A stretch of DNA of 64,000 nucleotides, taken from NCBI RefSeq assembly GCF_030144855.1, contig NC_082715.1, forward strand, positions 129,828,001 to 129,892,000, in the 5' to 3' direction. The stretch's first letter is position 1; each line of letters starts with the position of its first letter. The DNA comes from Hypanus sabinus (taxonomy: Eukaryota). A program made the translations under genes and the position numbers. A model generated the notes under the pieces. That model did not search any database, was not told where the DNA came from, and was given only the letters and a program-made list of their open reading frames with translations. Positions 25,965 to 39,545 of this stretch are shown one piece after another.

Positions 25965-28900
25965 TAAAAAAGGATGAGTAACACTGAACTTGAGGGGGGC
26001 CAATATCCTTGCAGGCAGGTCTGCTCGAGTTGTTGGGAGGGTTTAGGACCAGATTGATAGATCAGAGGATGGGGTAGGTGGTGTACAGGTAGATGCAGCA
26101 TGTAGAAAGTCCATGAGGAAGGACAGGCAGTTAATAGGGCAAAACTGCAGACAGTTGGATGGGATAAAGTGTTTCTACTTTAATGCGAGAAGTGTCAGCA
26201 ACAAGGATGAACTTGGAGCATAGGTCAGTACATGGAACTATGACATGGTGGCCATTACAGAGACCTGGTTGTCACAATGGTACGAATGGCTGCTGGATGT
26301 TCCAGGGTTTAGATGATTATAAAGGAACAGGGAAGGTGTTAAGGAGGTGGGGAGAGACATCGCTAATCAGGGATAGCATCACACCTGCAGAAAGGGAGAA
26401 TGTCCTGAAGGGATCGTCTAATGAGTCATCGTTGGTAGATAACAGAAACAGGAAGTGAGCAATAACAATATTGGGATTATTCAATAGATCCCACCTCCAA
26501 TAGCAACAGATACTGAGGTGCAGATTGCAAGGTAGATTTTGGAAACGGATTGTTGTCATGGGTGATTTTAACTTCTCTTAATACTGATTGGCACCTCCTT
26601 AATGAAAAAGGTTTAGATGGGGTGAAACTTGTTAGGTGAGTCGAGGAAAGATTCTTGACACAATATGTCAACAGGCCAACTACAGAAGAGGACATACTAG
26701 ATTGGGTACTAGGCAATGAACTGGTCAGGTGTCAGATCTCTTCGATGGTGAGTTTTGTGAAGACAGTGAACACAACTCCCTGACCTTTACAATTGCCTTA
26801 GAGGCATAGGAGCAGACGGTATTTAATTCAGAGAAGAGGGAATTATGATGCTATTAGGCAGGAATTTGCATGTGTAATTTGGGAACAGATGTACTTGGGG
26901 AAATGCACAATAGCAATGAAGTGTTTAGGGAGCACTGCATGGGGTTCTGGACAGAAATGAGAAGTTTAGGGAGTAATTGTTTGGGGTCCTGGATAGGTGT
27001 GTCTTACTGAGGTAGGGAAAGGATGGTAGAGTGAAGGAATAATGGGTGATAAGAGACGTGGAATATCCAGTTATGAGGAAGAAAGCTTGCTTAAGGTTCA
27101 GGAAGCAAGGATCAGACTGAACTCTAGAGTTTCAAGGTAGCCAGGAAGAAGTTTAATACTGGACGGGAGAGCTGGAAGGGGGCATGAGAAGGTCTTGGTA
27201 AATAGGATTAAGGAAAACCCCAAGAAGCATTCTATGCGTATGTGAAGAACGGGAGGATTATTAGAGTGAGAATAGCGACCCCTATTCTTTGTGATCTTTA
27301 TAAATTACTTGGATGAGGAAGTAAAAGGGTGGGTTTGTATTTTCGTGGATGACACGAAGGATGGAGGTGTTGTGAAAGTGTAGAAGGTTGTCATAGGTTA
27401 CAATGAGGCACTGACAGGATGCAAAGTTGGGATGAGAAGTGGCAGATGGAGTAGAAATCCGGAAGAAATGTGAGGAAGCTCAAACTTATAGGGAGAATAC
27501 AGGGTTAATAGCAGGATGCTTAAAAAAAAGTAAAAATAAGAAAAAACATCCAAAAAAAAGCAAACACCAGAGGACATATGTACAAAATTAAGGGAGGTAA
27601 GTTTAGGGGAGGTATCAGGGGTAAGTTTTTTTACACAGAGGGTTGTGAGTGCCTGGAATGACTTGCCAGGGATGGTGGTGGAGGCTTAAACATTAGGGGG
27701 TATTTAAGAGCCTCTTGGACAAGCACATGGATGAAAGAAAAATAAAGGGTTAGGGAGTAGTGTGGGTTTAGTACTTTTCTTTTAAGGATTATATGGGTCG
27801 GCACAACATGGAGGGCTGAAGGGCCTGTACTGTGTTGTAGTGTTCTATGGTTCTAAGCTTAGGAGTATGGATGAACAAGGAGATCTTGGGGTCCATGTTC
27901 CTAGATCTCCCAAAGCTGAGGCTCACATTGATAGGGTTGTCAAAAAGCTGTATAGTGCGCTGGGCTTCTTTAGTCAGGGGGCCAACATCAGAACATCTTT
28001 CAAGAGGGTGTACCCTTGCAATTTTCAGGCCAATGGTGTATTGGCTAGGGCACTGAAAACCGGTGCCAAACACTGGTGGGAGTGTTAAAGGATGTCTTCA
28101 ATCTCTCACTACTGCAGTCAGAGGTTCCCACTTGCTTCAAAAGGGTGATACCAGCACCCAAGAAGAGCAGAGTGAATTGCGTCAACAACTATTGTCCAGT
28201 GGTATTCACATCTACTATGTGAAGCGTTCTGAGATGTTGGTGATGGCTAGAATCAACCTCTCTGTCTAAGCAAGGACTTGGGCCTGCACTCGATGTTTCA
28301 GGAACAGCTTCTTCCTGTCCGTCTCTTTAAGCCCTATATATTTGTTTTTTAATATATACTTATTGTAATTTATAGTTTTTATTACTATGTATTGCAATGT
28401 ACTGCTGCCACACAGCAACAAATTTCATGACATATGCTGGTTTTATTAAACCTGATTCTGATTAAGTTCAATAGCTCTGAGGTAATGTTGCAGCTCTATA
28501 AAATCCTGGTTAGACCACACTAGGAATATTGTATTCTGTTCTGGTCACCTCATCATGGGAAGGAGGGTGCACCAGAGTACTGCCTGGATTGGAGAGCATG
28601 TCGTATGAGGAGAGGGTGAATGTTAGGGATTTTCTCTTTGGAGAGGTGACAGTAGAGGTGTACAAGATGACAAGAGGCATAAATCAAGTGGACAGCAGAG
28701 ACGTTTTCCCTGGGTGGAATTGACTAATACAAGGGGGCATAACTTTAAGTTGGTTGGAGGAAAGTATATGGAGGATGACAAAGGTAAGTTTTGTTTACAC
28801 ACAGTGTGGTGAGTACCTGGAACACAACACAGTGGTGGTAGAGGCAAATACATTAGGGACATTTAAGGGATTCTTCAATAGACACAAAGATGATAGAAAA

Positions 28901-29015
28901 TAATGAGTGAACTATGTGAGAGGGAAGGGTTATATAAATCTTTGAGTAGGTTAAAAGGTCATCACAATATTGTGGGCTGAAGGGCCTGTGTTTTGCTGTA
29001 ATGTTCTATGTTTTA
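25965..29015 (+). mobile_element. Mosaic of CR1 pieces (EN to 3' end, with deletions) containing a Rex1/Babar insert at about 27985-28465
   Basis: tactttaatgcgagaagt (YFNARS), gccattacagagacctgg (AITETW), atgggtgattttaac (MGDFN), ttcgtggatgacacgaag (FVDDTK); two CR1 3' ends; the Rex1 insert ends in (ctgatt)n. Confidence 0.8.
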
Positions 29016-31754
29016 CATTCTATATAAAAACGTGAACACAGCAAAAACTGTGTAATGAATTACTTCAATTTCTCAAAGTTCCAGAAAATCTCTTATATCC
29101 AACATGATTAATCAAAGATGCAAAAAAATGAGCAATTGTGGCATCATCACATGAACAATAATCTAAGTGATAACACGGTTTATAAATTGATGCAACAAAC
29201 ACTATGAAGCGTGACCAGAGGAATGACCTTGAACATAAAATCTCGTTGAAGTAACACATATTTGCATAGAGACACTAAGAATTTGACAAAACAGGCTGAA
29301 CAATTTGTACAGAAATAACTTTTATAAAGCAATATATATATATATAAATGCCAATGCCCCAGGCTCAGGCCGGGAAATTATTTTGAAGCACATGATTTTT
29401 AACAGATGTGTAAAGCTGCAAAGCTGTCTGCAAGTTGATTTCAAAGTGCTCTGCTAATTGCTAAGATATGGGAATGAAAATGATTAAGAACATCTAATAC
29501 ATCAAAACCTGTAAAAGGATTGAGGTGGGGGGGGGGGGGGGGGTTAAAAGAATCAATTTTGTCTCCAGGGCACTTTGATGTGTGTCACACATTCTCTGCT
29601 ATTTTATTCTAATGAATGGATTTGGGAACCAACAATTCTCTGGTGCTCAGTTACACAAGAATTGCACAATCCAGATAGTGTAACTAATATAGAACAACTA
29701 GCCTTTTACTGTATCAAAAACAACATTCAGCTACGTGTTATTGCTGGAGCCAACAAAGAAAATAACAAAAAAAAATTGAAAGATATCCAAATGCAAACAC
29801 ATGTGTAAAATGAAAATCGACTCCATAGGATTTGATTAGGATTATTTGCTCATGTGGAGATTGAAAGCAAACATGGCTAGCCCAAAATCCTCTATTTCTG
29901 TGTTAAAACTGCTGAGTAGTTTTATTTACTAAAGAGGATTTTAAAAACTGGAAAGGAAAACAAGTATTTATTATTTAAGGTAATTATAAAACCAGTGTAA
30001 AGTCAAAGTTCAAAGTAAATTTATTATCAAAGTACATATACGTTACCACAAATAACATTCTCCAAAATAAAATGTATTAGGAGGTTTCACTGCTTTTTCA
30101 TTTTCAGTTTTCATCACCATTTTGTTTTAGATTACTACATAGTTAGTGCTTTTATTTTCAGTATCCAGTCTTCCGGTGGTTTACAGGACAGGGAATTGAC
30201 TGTCATTAGCAGACCAGTAGAGGTTGTGCATTACTTGTGCATTCTGTTCCATATATCTCCACAATAACCACAATAACTTTGTGAAGGAAAGGTGACTTAG
30301 TGACTCAAGTTCACTATAAAACATCTGGAATTACTTGGAGCATCCAGTTCAGGAGCTTCCTGAACATGTGGTGATTATCCAAGTGAATGATGCCTGGTGG
30401 TAGACCACCGGAGTCTGATCTGATTCATTTATTGCGGCGTTGCTAGTTTTACTTATAGCATAAATGCTTTCCCTCCTGCAAGCCGGTAGCTTACTCTTCA
30501 GTATAAGTAATGCTCCGGAATATACTTGCACATTCCTCTTCTACTTTGGTATATAATACTGGTTAAAAAAAAGGGCATCTGGTCACAGGATCATAGATTG
30601 TAGAGGAGTGCGATCCTGCTATTACTAATGGCCACTGCAAATAATGAATGCCCACTTTGGGTTTCTACCATCAATCACTAATCCTCTTTTTCCCCAACAA
30701 CCACCCCCAAACCCCTAGCCCACTGTTACCCGATTTCTTTCCCATTCCCCACCTAGTTCTGCCTGCCAATCGCCCATACACATACAACACATTGCAGCCC
30801 CTATACCCTCCCACTGCATTCTGATCTGCCCAGTTTCTGATCCACTCATCGATTTCCTTTCTTATTAAATTCAATAATTTGCAGCCCACTATCATCTCTC
30901 AGCCTCTGCTACCATCTCCACCCTTCCCATCCACATCTGGCTCCATTTGCCCATCAACTCCTCACCTGGATCCACCCAACCCCTGACACATCAGCTTCAC
31001 CCATTCTCCTCACCTCTTTATACCAGCTATCTCCCCTTTAAACTCAAAACACTTAAATGTCAACTATCCATTCACCTTTACAGGTGCTGCTTGAATCACT
31101 GGGTTCTCCAGCAGCTTCTGCACGAGTTCCTCAGGTCTTCTATTGCTAAGACAATGATCTTCCTTCCATTGTAAGGCCAAAGTGATGGTTGCGCACAGTT
31201 CAATTCTAGCATGAGGCAAGACTCAAATAACAATCACATGGAATGGAAAATGCATTTTTTCCATCACACCAGATAGTCTCTATCAAGAGAGCTTAACAAT
31301 TACGCTTGACTTCCAATGACATACCTTGCTGAATCCCCACCATCCACAAACAGCAGGTCAACTGTGATTAGAAACTGAACTGTACCAGCCTCATAAATAT
31401 CAAAGTCACAAGAACAGGGTAAAGAGTGGGTATCTTGTGGTGTGACTTAGCTTGATACTTCAAAGCCTTTCAATTTACAATAATCAGTCGTTGAGACCAC
31501 ATAAATCAGTCACTGAAACCACACCTGCCTAGAGGAGTGTGGTTTCAGCAACTGCCAGCAAGTTTGTGCCGATCAGTCAAAGCAGCCTGCTTGACTGACA
31601 CCATCAACCAAATTAAACATTCACTCCTTACATCATCCACGGTTCTCTGTCATCCTTCTACAGCTTCTGAGGTATGGGAGTGCTCTCTCAAGTACAAAGA
31701 TGTCCATGATAAAAGAATAACATTAAATATAAAGCAGAAAAAAAGAAGCTTATG

Positions 31755-32148
31755 TTGAGAGATATAGGAGCTGAGTTAGGCCATTCAGCCTATCAAGTCT
31801 GCTCTACCACTTGATCATGGTTGATTTATTTTCCCTCTCAACTCAATTCTCCTGTCTTTTCCCTTTAACCTTTGATACCATTACTGATCAAGAACCTATC
31901 AGCCTCTGCTTTAAATATATATAACAACTTGGTCTCCACAACTGTCTGTGGCGATGAATTCCATAGATTCACCACCCTCTAGCTAAAGAAATTCCTTCTC
32001 ATCTCTTCTAAAGGGACAACCTTCTATTCTGAGGCTGTGCCCTCTGATCCTAGACTCTCCCATGAATGGAAATCGCTTCTCTACATCCACTCTATCCTGG
32101 CCTTTCAATATTCGGTAGGTTTCAATAAGATTTGTCCTCGTTCTTCTA
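31755..32148 (-). mobile_element. CR1 3' end
   Basis: Reverse complement of the tail family at 5000-5325; further short 3' ends at about 7860-8040(-), 23027-23160(-), 54088-54305(+), 63800-64000(-). Confidence 0.85.
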
Positions 32149-32149
32149 C

Positions 32150-33083
32150 AATAGGGATGGTGTTAACTGTCTGATGCACAGTAATAGATTTACGCCACAT
32201 GTACCACTTAGTACTGAGACCAAAAAGTTCCACATCAGTCTCATCCGACCAGAAGACCCATTTCCACATCTTTTCCGTAACTTCTAAGTGATGCTTTGCA
32301 AAGTATTTATGGGCAAGGATATGCTTTTTTTTTTAAAAAAAGGACTTCTTCCTTGCTACTTTAACGTAAATACGCTTCTTATGTTAGCCTTTAGAGTTTG
32401 TGGAGCCATGAATTTCATCTCCAGTTGCAGCCACTGACTTCTGCAGCTCACCCAGAATGACTGTGGGGCACCACAGTATCCTCTCTTAAAAGTGCCACTC
32501 TTCTCCAGCGACTAAGTTTAGAGCAACAACCTGGTGTAGGCAGTATGGCTGTGGTTTCATTTTTTTTTCCACTTTTTCATGATGGACTGCACTGAGCTCT
32601 AAAATATGTTCAATGCCTTTGAGATGATGGTCTTGTACCCTTCCCCAGACTTGTGTTTCTCTGTTGTCATTTCCCTGACTTGTCTTGAATGCTCTTTCAT
32701 TTTGGTTTGGTCTGCTGAAAATCTACCATACTGTTGAACTTTACGGGGGGGGGATATATTCTTCCGAGTTCACTGAAAACAGGTGATTCTCCTATATTCT
32801 ACATCAACAAATTGAATGAGTTATAAGGTATTGCAGTATTGTACATCTGAGGGAAGTTAGCATAGTAACTACAATAGGGATTAATATCTCTTTAGCCTCA
32901 TAATTTTGGATTTTAATTTTTAGTAATTTGTTGACAGGTTTTGGAATTTTTCTTTTGATTTGAAATGATGCACGTTTTGTAGATTAACCGAACAAATCCT
33001 ACTTCAATATATTTTTAATTTAGAAAATGAGACAGTAAAATGTAAAAATAGCTGTGGGAGCTGAATACTTTTTCATGGCACTG
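32150..33083 (-). mobile_element. Tc1-like transposon, family A, third copy (5' part only)
   Basis: Reverse complement of the 5' part of family A; ends gctgaatactttttcatggcactg|ta. Confidence 0.88.
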
Positions 33084-33732
33084 TAATTCAGGAAATGACA
33101 GGATCAGTCAAATTAGCAAATGATGACCAGGCAAATACTGTAAATCAACATAGTGGATAAACATCTGGAAGGTATGTTGACCAACGAAGCTACATGGGTT
33201 TGTTTAAAGAACGTTATGACTGACCGATTCTTTGATGAAATGGCTTCCGCTCTACCACAGTTGACATAATCTTTGAGGAATTTAAATAGATATTATATAT
33301 TGAAAAGCTTTAGGAAGGATGTCTTGAGAATAGGTTAAAAGGAAGCATCAGGATATGGATGCAAAATTAGCCCAGTGAAATGTACAGCAATTTAAGTATA
33401 CGGTGCCTATAAAAAGTACTCACCACCTTTGGAAGTTTCCATTTTTTATTGTTTTACAACATTAAATCACCACGGATTTAATTTGATATATTTTTTACAC
33501 TGATCATCAAAAGAAAAAAAATTCTTTCACGTCAAAGTGAAAGCAGGTCGCTACAAAGTGATCTAAATTAATTAGAAATACAAAACACAAAATAATTGAT
33601 TGTATAATTACTCATCCCCTTCAAGTCAGTATTTAGTAGATGCACCTTTGGCAGCAATTACAGCCTTGAGTCTGTGTGGATAGGTCTCCATCAGCTTTGC
33701 ACATCTGGACACTGCAATTTTTCCCCATTCTT

Positions 33733-34207
33733 TTTTTTTTAATTGGTTTTTTAATGCATTTTCTACAACACTACAGAAAAGAAAAAACCCCAAACCAAAA
33801 TAAAAAAATTAATACAGTGCAAAAATAAATATACAATAATAATACAAAAAAGATAATTGAGAAAGCACCCAAATTGAAGTCATGTAAAGTTAGTATCCTC
33901 CCCAAGCCCCACAGCAAAAAAAAACTCCAGACCAACCACAACACAATATAGAGAATATAAATCAGGACATTCAAACCCCCAAAACTGTAAATACACTTGA
34001 AAACAGAAGATAATAATGCCTACTACCAAAAAAAAGAGCTGAAAGGGACTGAAGAAAAAACCTTAAGAGGAAAGTTATGAAAGTACTCAATAAAAGGTCC
34101 CCAGACCTTATGAAACTTTATATCCGAATTAAGAATTGAATAATGAATTTTTTCAAGGTCTAAACAGGACGTAATATCATTAAGTCATTGAGCATGCGTG
34201 GGTGGGG
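33733..34207 (-). mobile_element. 5'-truncated L1 (ORF2 C-terminus, 3' UTR, poly(A)), different family from the full-length copy
   Basis: Minus strand encodes ..ITSCLDLEKIHYSILNSDIKFHKVWGPFIEYF, similar to ..ISCLSLEKIRSTIFDSSIKFEETWRPFIRHF; TSD ccattctt at 33725-33732 and 34208-34215. Confidence 0.85.
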
Positions 34208-34278
34208 CCATTCTTCTTTACAAAACTGTTCAAGCTCTGTCAAATTGCATGAGGATAGTGAGTGAAAATGGTAGGGAT

Positions 34279-36425
34279 ATAAAACCTGCTGTTAAGCGGG
34301 GAGCTGTTGTTATCTGGCGTACTAACCTCTACCTGGCCGAGGTACAGCGACAACTCTCTGACAACTCTCCTCTTATTTACCCCTTGATCATGACCCCACT
34401 AAGGAGCACCAGGCCAATGTCTCCTATGCCATCACCAACCTTATCAGCTCTGGGGATCTCCCATCCACTGCCACCAACCTCATAGTTCCCAGCACCCACA
34501 CTTCCCGTTTCTACCTCCTACCCAAGATCCACAAACCTGCCTGTCCAGGTAGACCTATTGTCTCAGCTTGCTCCTGTCCCACTGAACTCATTTCTGCATA
34601 CCTTGACACTGTCTTATCCCCCCTTGTTCAATCTCTTCCCACCTATGTTCGTGACACTTCTCATGCTTTGAATTTTTTCAATGATTTTAAGTTCCCTGGC
34701 CCCCACTGCCTTATTTTCACCATGCACGTCCAGTCCCTATATACTCTTCGCTTCTTTTTGGATTCCAGACCTAACCAATTCCTCTCTACCACCACTCTCC
34801 TCCGTCTAGCGGAATTAGTTCTTACTCTCAATAATTTCTCTTTTGGCTCCTCCCACTTCCTCCAAACCAAGGGTGTAGCCATGGGCACCCGTATGGGTCC
34901 CAGTTATGCCTGCCTTTTTGTTGGCTTTGTGGAACAGTCTTTGTTCCAAGTCTATATGGGTATCCGTCCCCCTCTTTTCCTTCGCTACATCGATGACTGC
35001 ATTGGCGCTGCCTCCTGCACACATGCTGAGCTTGTTGACTTCATTAACTTTGCCTCCAACTTTCACTCTGTCCTCAAATTTACCTGGTCCATTTCCAACA
35101 CCTCCCTCCCCTTTCTTGATCTTTCTGTCTCCACCCCTGGAGACGGCTTATCTACTGATATCTACCATAAGCCTACAGACTCTCACAGCTACCTGGACTA
35201 TTCCTCATCCCACCCTGTCTCTTGCAAAAATGCTATCCCCTTCTCACAACTCCTCCGTCTCCGCCGCATCTGCTCTCAGGATGAGGTTTTTCATTCCAGG
35301 ATGAAGGAGATGTCTTTCTTTTTTAAACAAAGGGGTTTCCCTTCTTCCACCATCAACTCTGCTCTCAAACACATCTCTCCCATTTCCCGCACATCTGCCC
35401 ATCTGCCCGCCACCCCACTCGGGATAGGGTTGCCCTTGTCCTCACCTACCACCCCACCAGCCTCCAGGTCCAACATATAATTCTCCGTAACTTCCTCCAC
35501 CTCCAACGGGATCCCACTACCAAGCACATCTTTCCTTCCCCCCTTCTGCTTTCCGCAGGGATCAGGTAGCATGATTCCCTTGTCCACTCGTTCCCCCCAT
35601 CCCTTCCCACCGATCTCCCTCCTGGTACGTATCCTTGTAAGCGGAACAAGTGCTACACCTGCCCTTACACTTCCTCCCTCACCACCATTCAGGGCCCCAG
35701 ACAGTCCTTCCAGGTGAGGCGACACTTCACCTGTGAGTCAGCTGGTGTGATATACTGCGTCCAGTGCTCCCGGTGTGGCTTTTTATATATTGGTGAGACC
35801 CGACGCAGACTGGGAGACTGTTTTGCTGAACACCTATGCTGGGTCCGCCAGAGAAAGCAGGATCTCCCAGTGGCCACACATTTTAATTCCACGTCCCATT
35901 CCCATTCTGATATGACTATCCATGGCCTCCTCTACTGACAAAATGAATCCAAACTCAGGTTGGAGGAACAACACCTTATATACCGGCTGGGTAGTCTCCA
36001 ACCTGATGGCATGAACATTGACCTCTAACTTCTGTTAATGCCCCTCCTCCCCTTCTTACCCCATCCCTGACATACTTAGTTGTTTGCCCATTCTCCATCT
36101 CTCTCTGGTGCTCCCCCCACTTTCTTTCTCCCAAGGCCTCCTGTCCCATGATCCTTTCCCTTCTCCAGCTCTGTATCACTTTCGCCAATCACCTTCCCAG
36201 CTCTTAGCTTCATCCCACCCCCTCCGGTCTACTCCTATATTTCACATTTCCCCCTCCCCCCACTACTTTCAAATCTGTTACTATCTTTCCTTTCAGTTAG
36301 TCCTGACTAAGGGTCTAGGCCCAAAACGTCGACAGTGCTTCTCCTTATAGATGCTGCCTGGCCTGTTGTGTTCTACCAGCACTTTGTGTGTGTTGTTTGA
36401 ATTTCCAGCATCTGCAGATTTCCTC
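34279..36425 (+). mobile_element. Penelope-like retroelement (RT + GIY-YIG endonuclease), 5'-truncated and frameshifted
   Basis: IKPAVKRGAVVIW, QTKGVAMGTRMGPSYA, LRYIDDC, LPFLDL, YHKPTD RT motifs (ORF 34668-35480); GIY-YIG segment VIYCVQCSRCGFLYIGETRRRL (35714-35938); 11-bp TSD atggtagggat at 34268-34278 and 36426-36436. Confidence 0.92.
36298..36335 (+). ncRNA. Degenerate minimal type I hammerhead ribozyme in the Penelope-like element tail
   Basis: tagtc-CTGACTA-a-gggt ctag gccc-AAAA-cgTC-gacag; stems I and II intact, both core boxes mutated relative to CUGANGA and GAAA. Confidence 0.6.
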
Positions 36426-38639
36426 ATGGTAGGGATGGTATGTTTTTGAAGATGTACATTGCTTGGCTTGCACCAAACATAGCATTTAGTCTGATGGCCA
36501 AAAAGCTCAATTTTGGTTTCATCAGACCATAGAACCTTCTTCCAGCTGACTTCAGAATCTCCCACATGCCTTCTGCTAAACTTCTGCCGAGATTTTATAT
36601 GAGATTTTTTCAAAGTGGCTTTCTGTTAGAAAACTCTCCCATAAAATAGCAACTGGGAAAACACCCGGGCTATAGTTCTGGATTCACAGTCTCTCCCATC
36701 ACAACCACTGAAGCTTGTAACTCCTCCACAGTTGTCATAGGTCTCCGGGTGGCCTCCCTCACCAGTCCCCTTCTTGCATGTTCACATAGTTTTTGAGAAC
36801 TGCCTGCTCTAGGCAGATTTACAGCTGTACCACATTCTTCCCTTTTCTTGATGATTGACTTAACTGTACTCCAAGGGATATTCAGTAACTTGGAAATGTT
36901 CTTGCATTCATTTCCTGAATTGTGCTTTTCAATAACCTTTTTGCAGAGCTGCTTGGAGTGTTCTTTTGTCTTCATGGTGTAGTTTTTGCCAGGATACTGA
37001 CTCACCAGCAGTTGGACCTTCCAGATACAGGTGTATTTTTACTACAATCAATTGACAGGTCTCCAAAATCAGATTTCCATTTAATTTATTTTGTGTTTTA
37101 TATTTGTACTTAACTTAGATAACTCTGTACAGATTTGCTTTTACTTTGATGTGAAATAGTCTTTTTCCATTGATCAGAGTCAAAAATGCCACATTAATCC
37201 ACTGTGATTCAATGTTGTGAAACAATAAAACATGAAAACTTCCAAATGTGGTGAATACTTTGTGTAGGCACTGTATAATTCTTATTGCAGGTAGTTTGAA
37301 TTAGTATTTTTCAAGGGTGTGTTTCAAATTCAGTGCTCTTGTTAAATAAATGGAAGGGTATTGAAAAGTCAGATAAGTAGAAACACCACTTGTAGGAGTT
37401 CTTAAAAGTTGCTAGGAAATGTCAACTAGATGGCTTAAAATAGAATATTATAAGTTAAAAGCAAAGATATCACACTAGATCAACAATTAAACCCAAACTA
37501 AAGTATAGCCAGCAAATATGGGCGATGTATTTTAGAAATATTTGAGAAAGGCTATATAAGAGATTTACCAAGAGGTTACCAGAAATGAAGGACTGACATG
37601 AGTTATGGAAAAGTAGAACTATTCTCCATGAAACAAAGAATGTTAGGGTTAAGTCATTTTTTTTTAAAAAAAGGATATGGAATTAAGAACAACCTACAAA
37701 GAACCACACAGTAATTATACTTCTGTCCTGCAAGTTTATGAATTCCACACAAAACAGAATTATTTCACACTGAGGTCCTGTCCTGGGGCTGGAGAATATG
37801 CCAAATATTTAGAATGTATAACAGGTGTCACTTTTTCAAAGCATTCCACAGTATTTATGTTTTTTTTCCATTAAGTATTTAAAAAATAGGAGGCTGTAAA
37901 TTTACTTTCATAGATGCCTAATGAAGAAATCACTCTTGATCCCTGAGCAACACATACAAAGGAACTCAGCAAGTCAGGCAGTATCTATGGAGGGGTATAA
38001 ACAATTGATAATTACAGGCCGAGTCCATTAGGACTGAAAAGGAAGTGAGGACAAGACCAAATGAGGCTGAGGAAGGAAGGATACAAGTTTGCAGATGATA
38101 GGTGAGGGGGAAGCAGAGGAGAGGGGCTGTACAGAGGCTGAGCGATGTTAGGTGCAAGGGGTAAAAGCTGAAGAGTGAGGAATATAATAGGAAAGGATAA
38201 TGAAACATGGAATGAAGGATAGGAGTAGTGGTTCAGGAACAGTTCAACCATCAATCAAGCTCTTGAACCAGAGTGGATTCCTTCACTCACCTCAACACTG
38301 AAATGGTCCATAACCTATGAACTCACTTTCAAGATCTCAGCCTCTTACTTTATGGTCCCTCTCCCTACCTTCTCCCTCACCTGGTCTCACCTATCATTTG
38401 CAGGCTCCTTCTTCAGCCTCTTATAATAATATTAATTATTATTATTAATAGTAGATTTTTCCCTCTCTGTTTGTTGTCTTCTGCACATTGGTTGCCTGTC
38501 TTTGCCATGTGCAGCTTTTCATTGACTCAGTCGTGTTTCTTTGTAGTTACTGCGAATACCCACAAGAAAACGAATTTCAGGATTGTAAATGGTGACATAT
38601 ATGTACTTTGATAACACATTTTTAAACTTTGAACCCGTA

Positions 38640-39545
38640 TCTCTCCCATAAGGTTCCTCTCATCCTTACCTAAACCACATTAGCCCCCGTATCCAGCACA
38701 TTGTTTTTGAAAGGGATCCTACCACTAAGTACACCTTTCCTTCCTCTCCCCACTCTACAGCGATCTCTCTCTATGCGACTCATTTGTCCATCCCCACAGA
38801 TCTCCTTCCTTGCACTTATCCCTAAAAGCTTGACAAATGCCACACCTGCCCTTACACCACCTCCCTTACCACCATTCAGGGTCCCACAGAGTCCTTCCAG
38901 GTGAGGTGACACTGTACCTACAAGTCTGTTGGTGGTTATCCACTGAATCTGGTGCTTCCGGTGCAGCCTCCTCTACATTGGTGACAGCTACCCACCCATT
39001 TTCATTTGTCTTCCCATTCTCATACTGACATGCCTGTTCATGGTCTCCTCTATTGTCACAATGAAGCCGAACTCAGGGTGATGGAGCAACACCTGAAGCA
39101 TGAACACAAACTTCTCTAAATTCCAGCAATTATTCCTTCCCCACCCCCCTTTTTCCACTCCCCATTCTGGGCACCCTCTCACCCCTTATCTTCACCTCAC
39201 TTGCCCATCACTTCCCTCTGGTTCCCTCCTCCGTCCCTTTATTCAATGGTGCACTGTCCTCTTCTATAATATTCCTCCTTTTTCAGCTCTTTACCTCTTC
39301 TATTTATGCAACTCCTTATTCATACACCTTTCTACTCACGTAGCCTCACCTATCATCTGCTAGCTTGTACTCTCCCCTCCTTATTTGGGCTTCTGCCTCC
39401 TTCCTTTCCAGTTCTGATAAAACTTCTCAGCCCAAAACATTGGCTGGTCATTTCTCTCCATAGATGCTGCCTAACTTGCTGAGTTCCTTCAGCACTTTCT
39501 GTGTGTTGCTCAAGATTTCCAGCACCTGCATGATTTCTTGTGTCT
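38640..39545 (+). mobile_element. Decayed Penelope-like element 3' part (GIY-YIG region plus tail)
   Basis: Co-linear with 35450-36425 (accaccattcagggtccc..agtccttccaggtgagg; ctctacattggtga; same tail). Confidence 0.8.

Larger units (their letters stand above)
33401..37273 (-). mobile_element. Tc1-like transposon, family B, long TIRs, with two nested retroelements
   Basis: ta|cggtgcctataaaaagtactcacc ... ggtgaatactttgtgtaggcactg|ta, TIR similarity extends about 190 bp; MKTKEHSKQL..IPWSTVKSIIKK (36670-37005) and WKKVLWSDETKIELFG (36430-36613). Confidence 0.92.
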
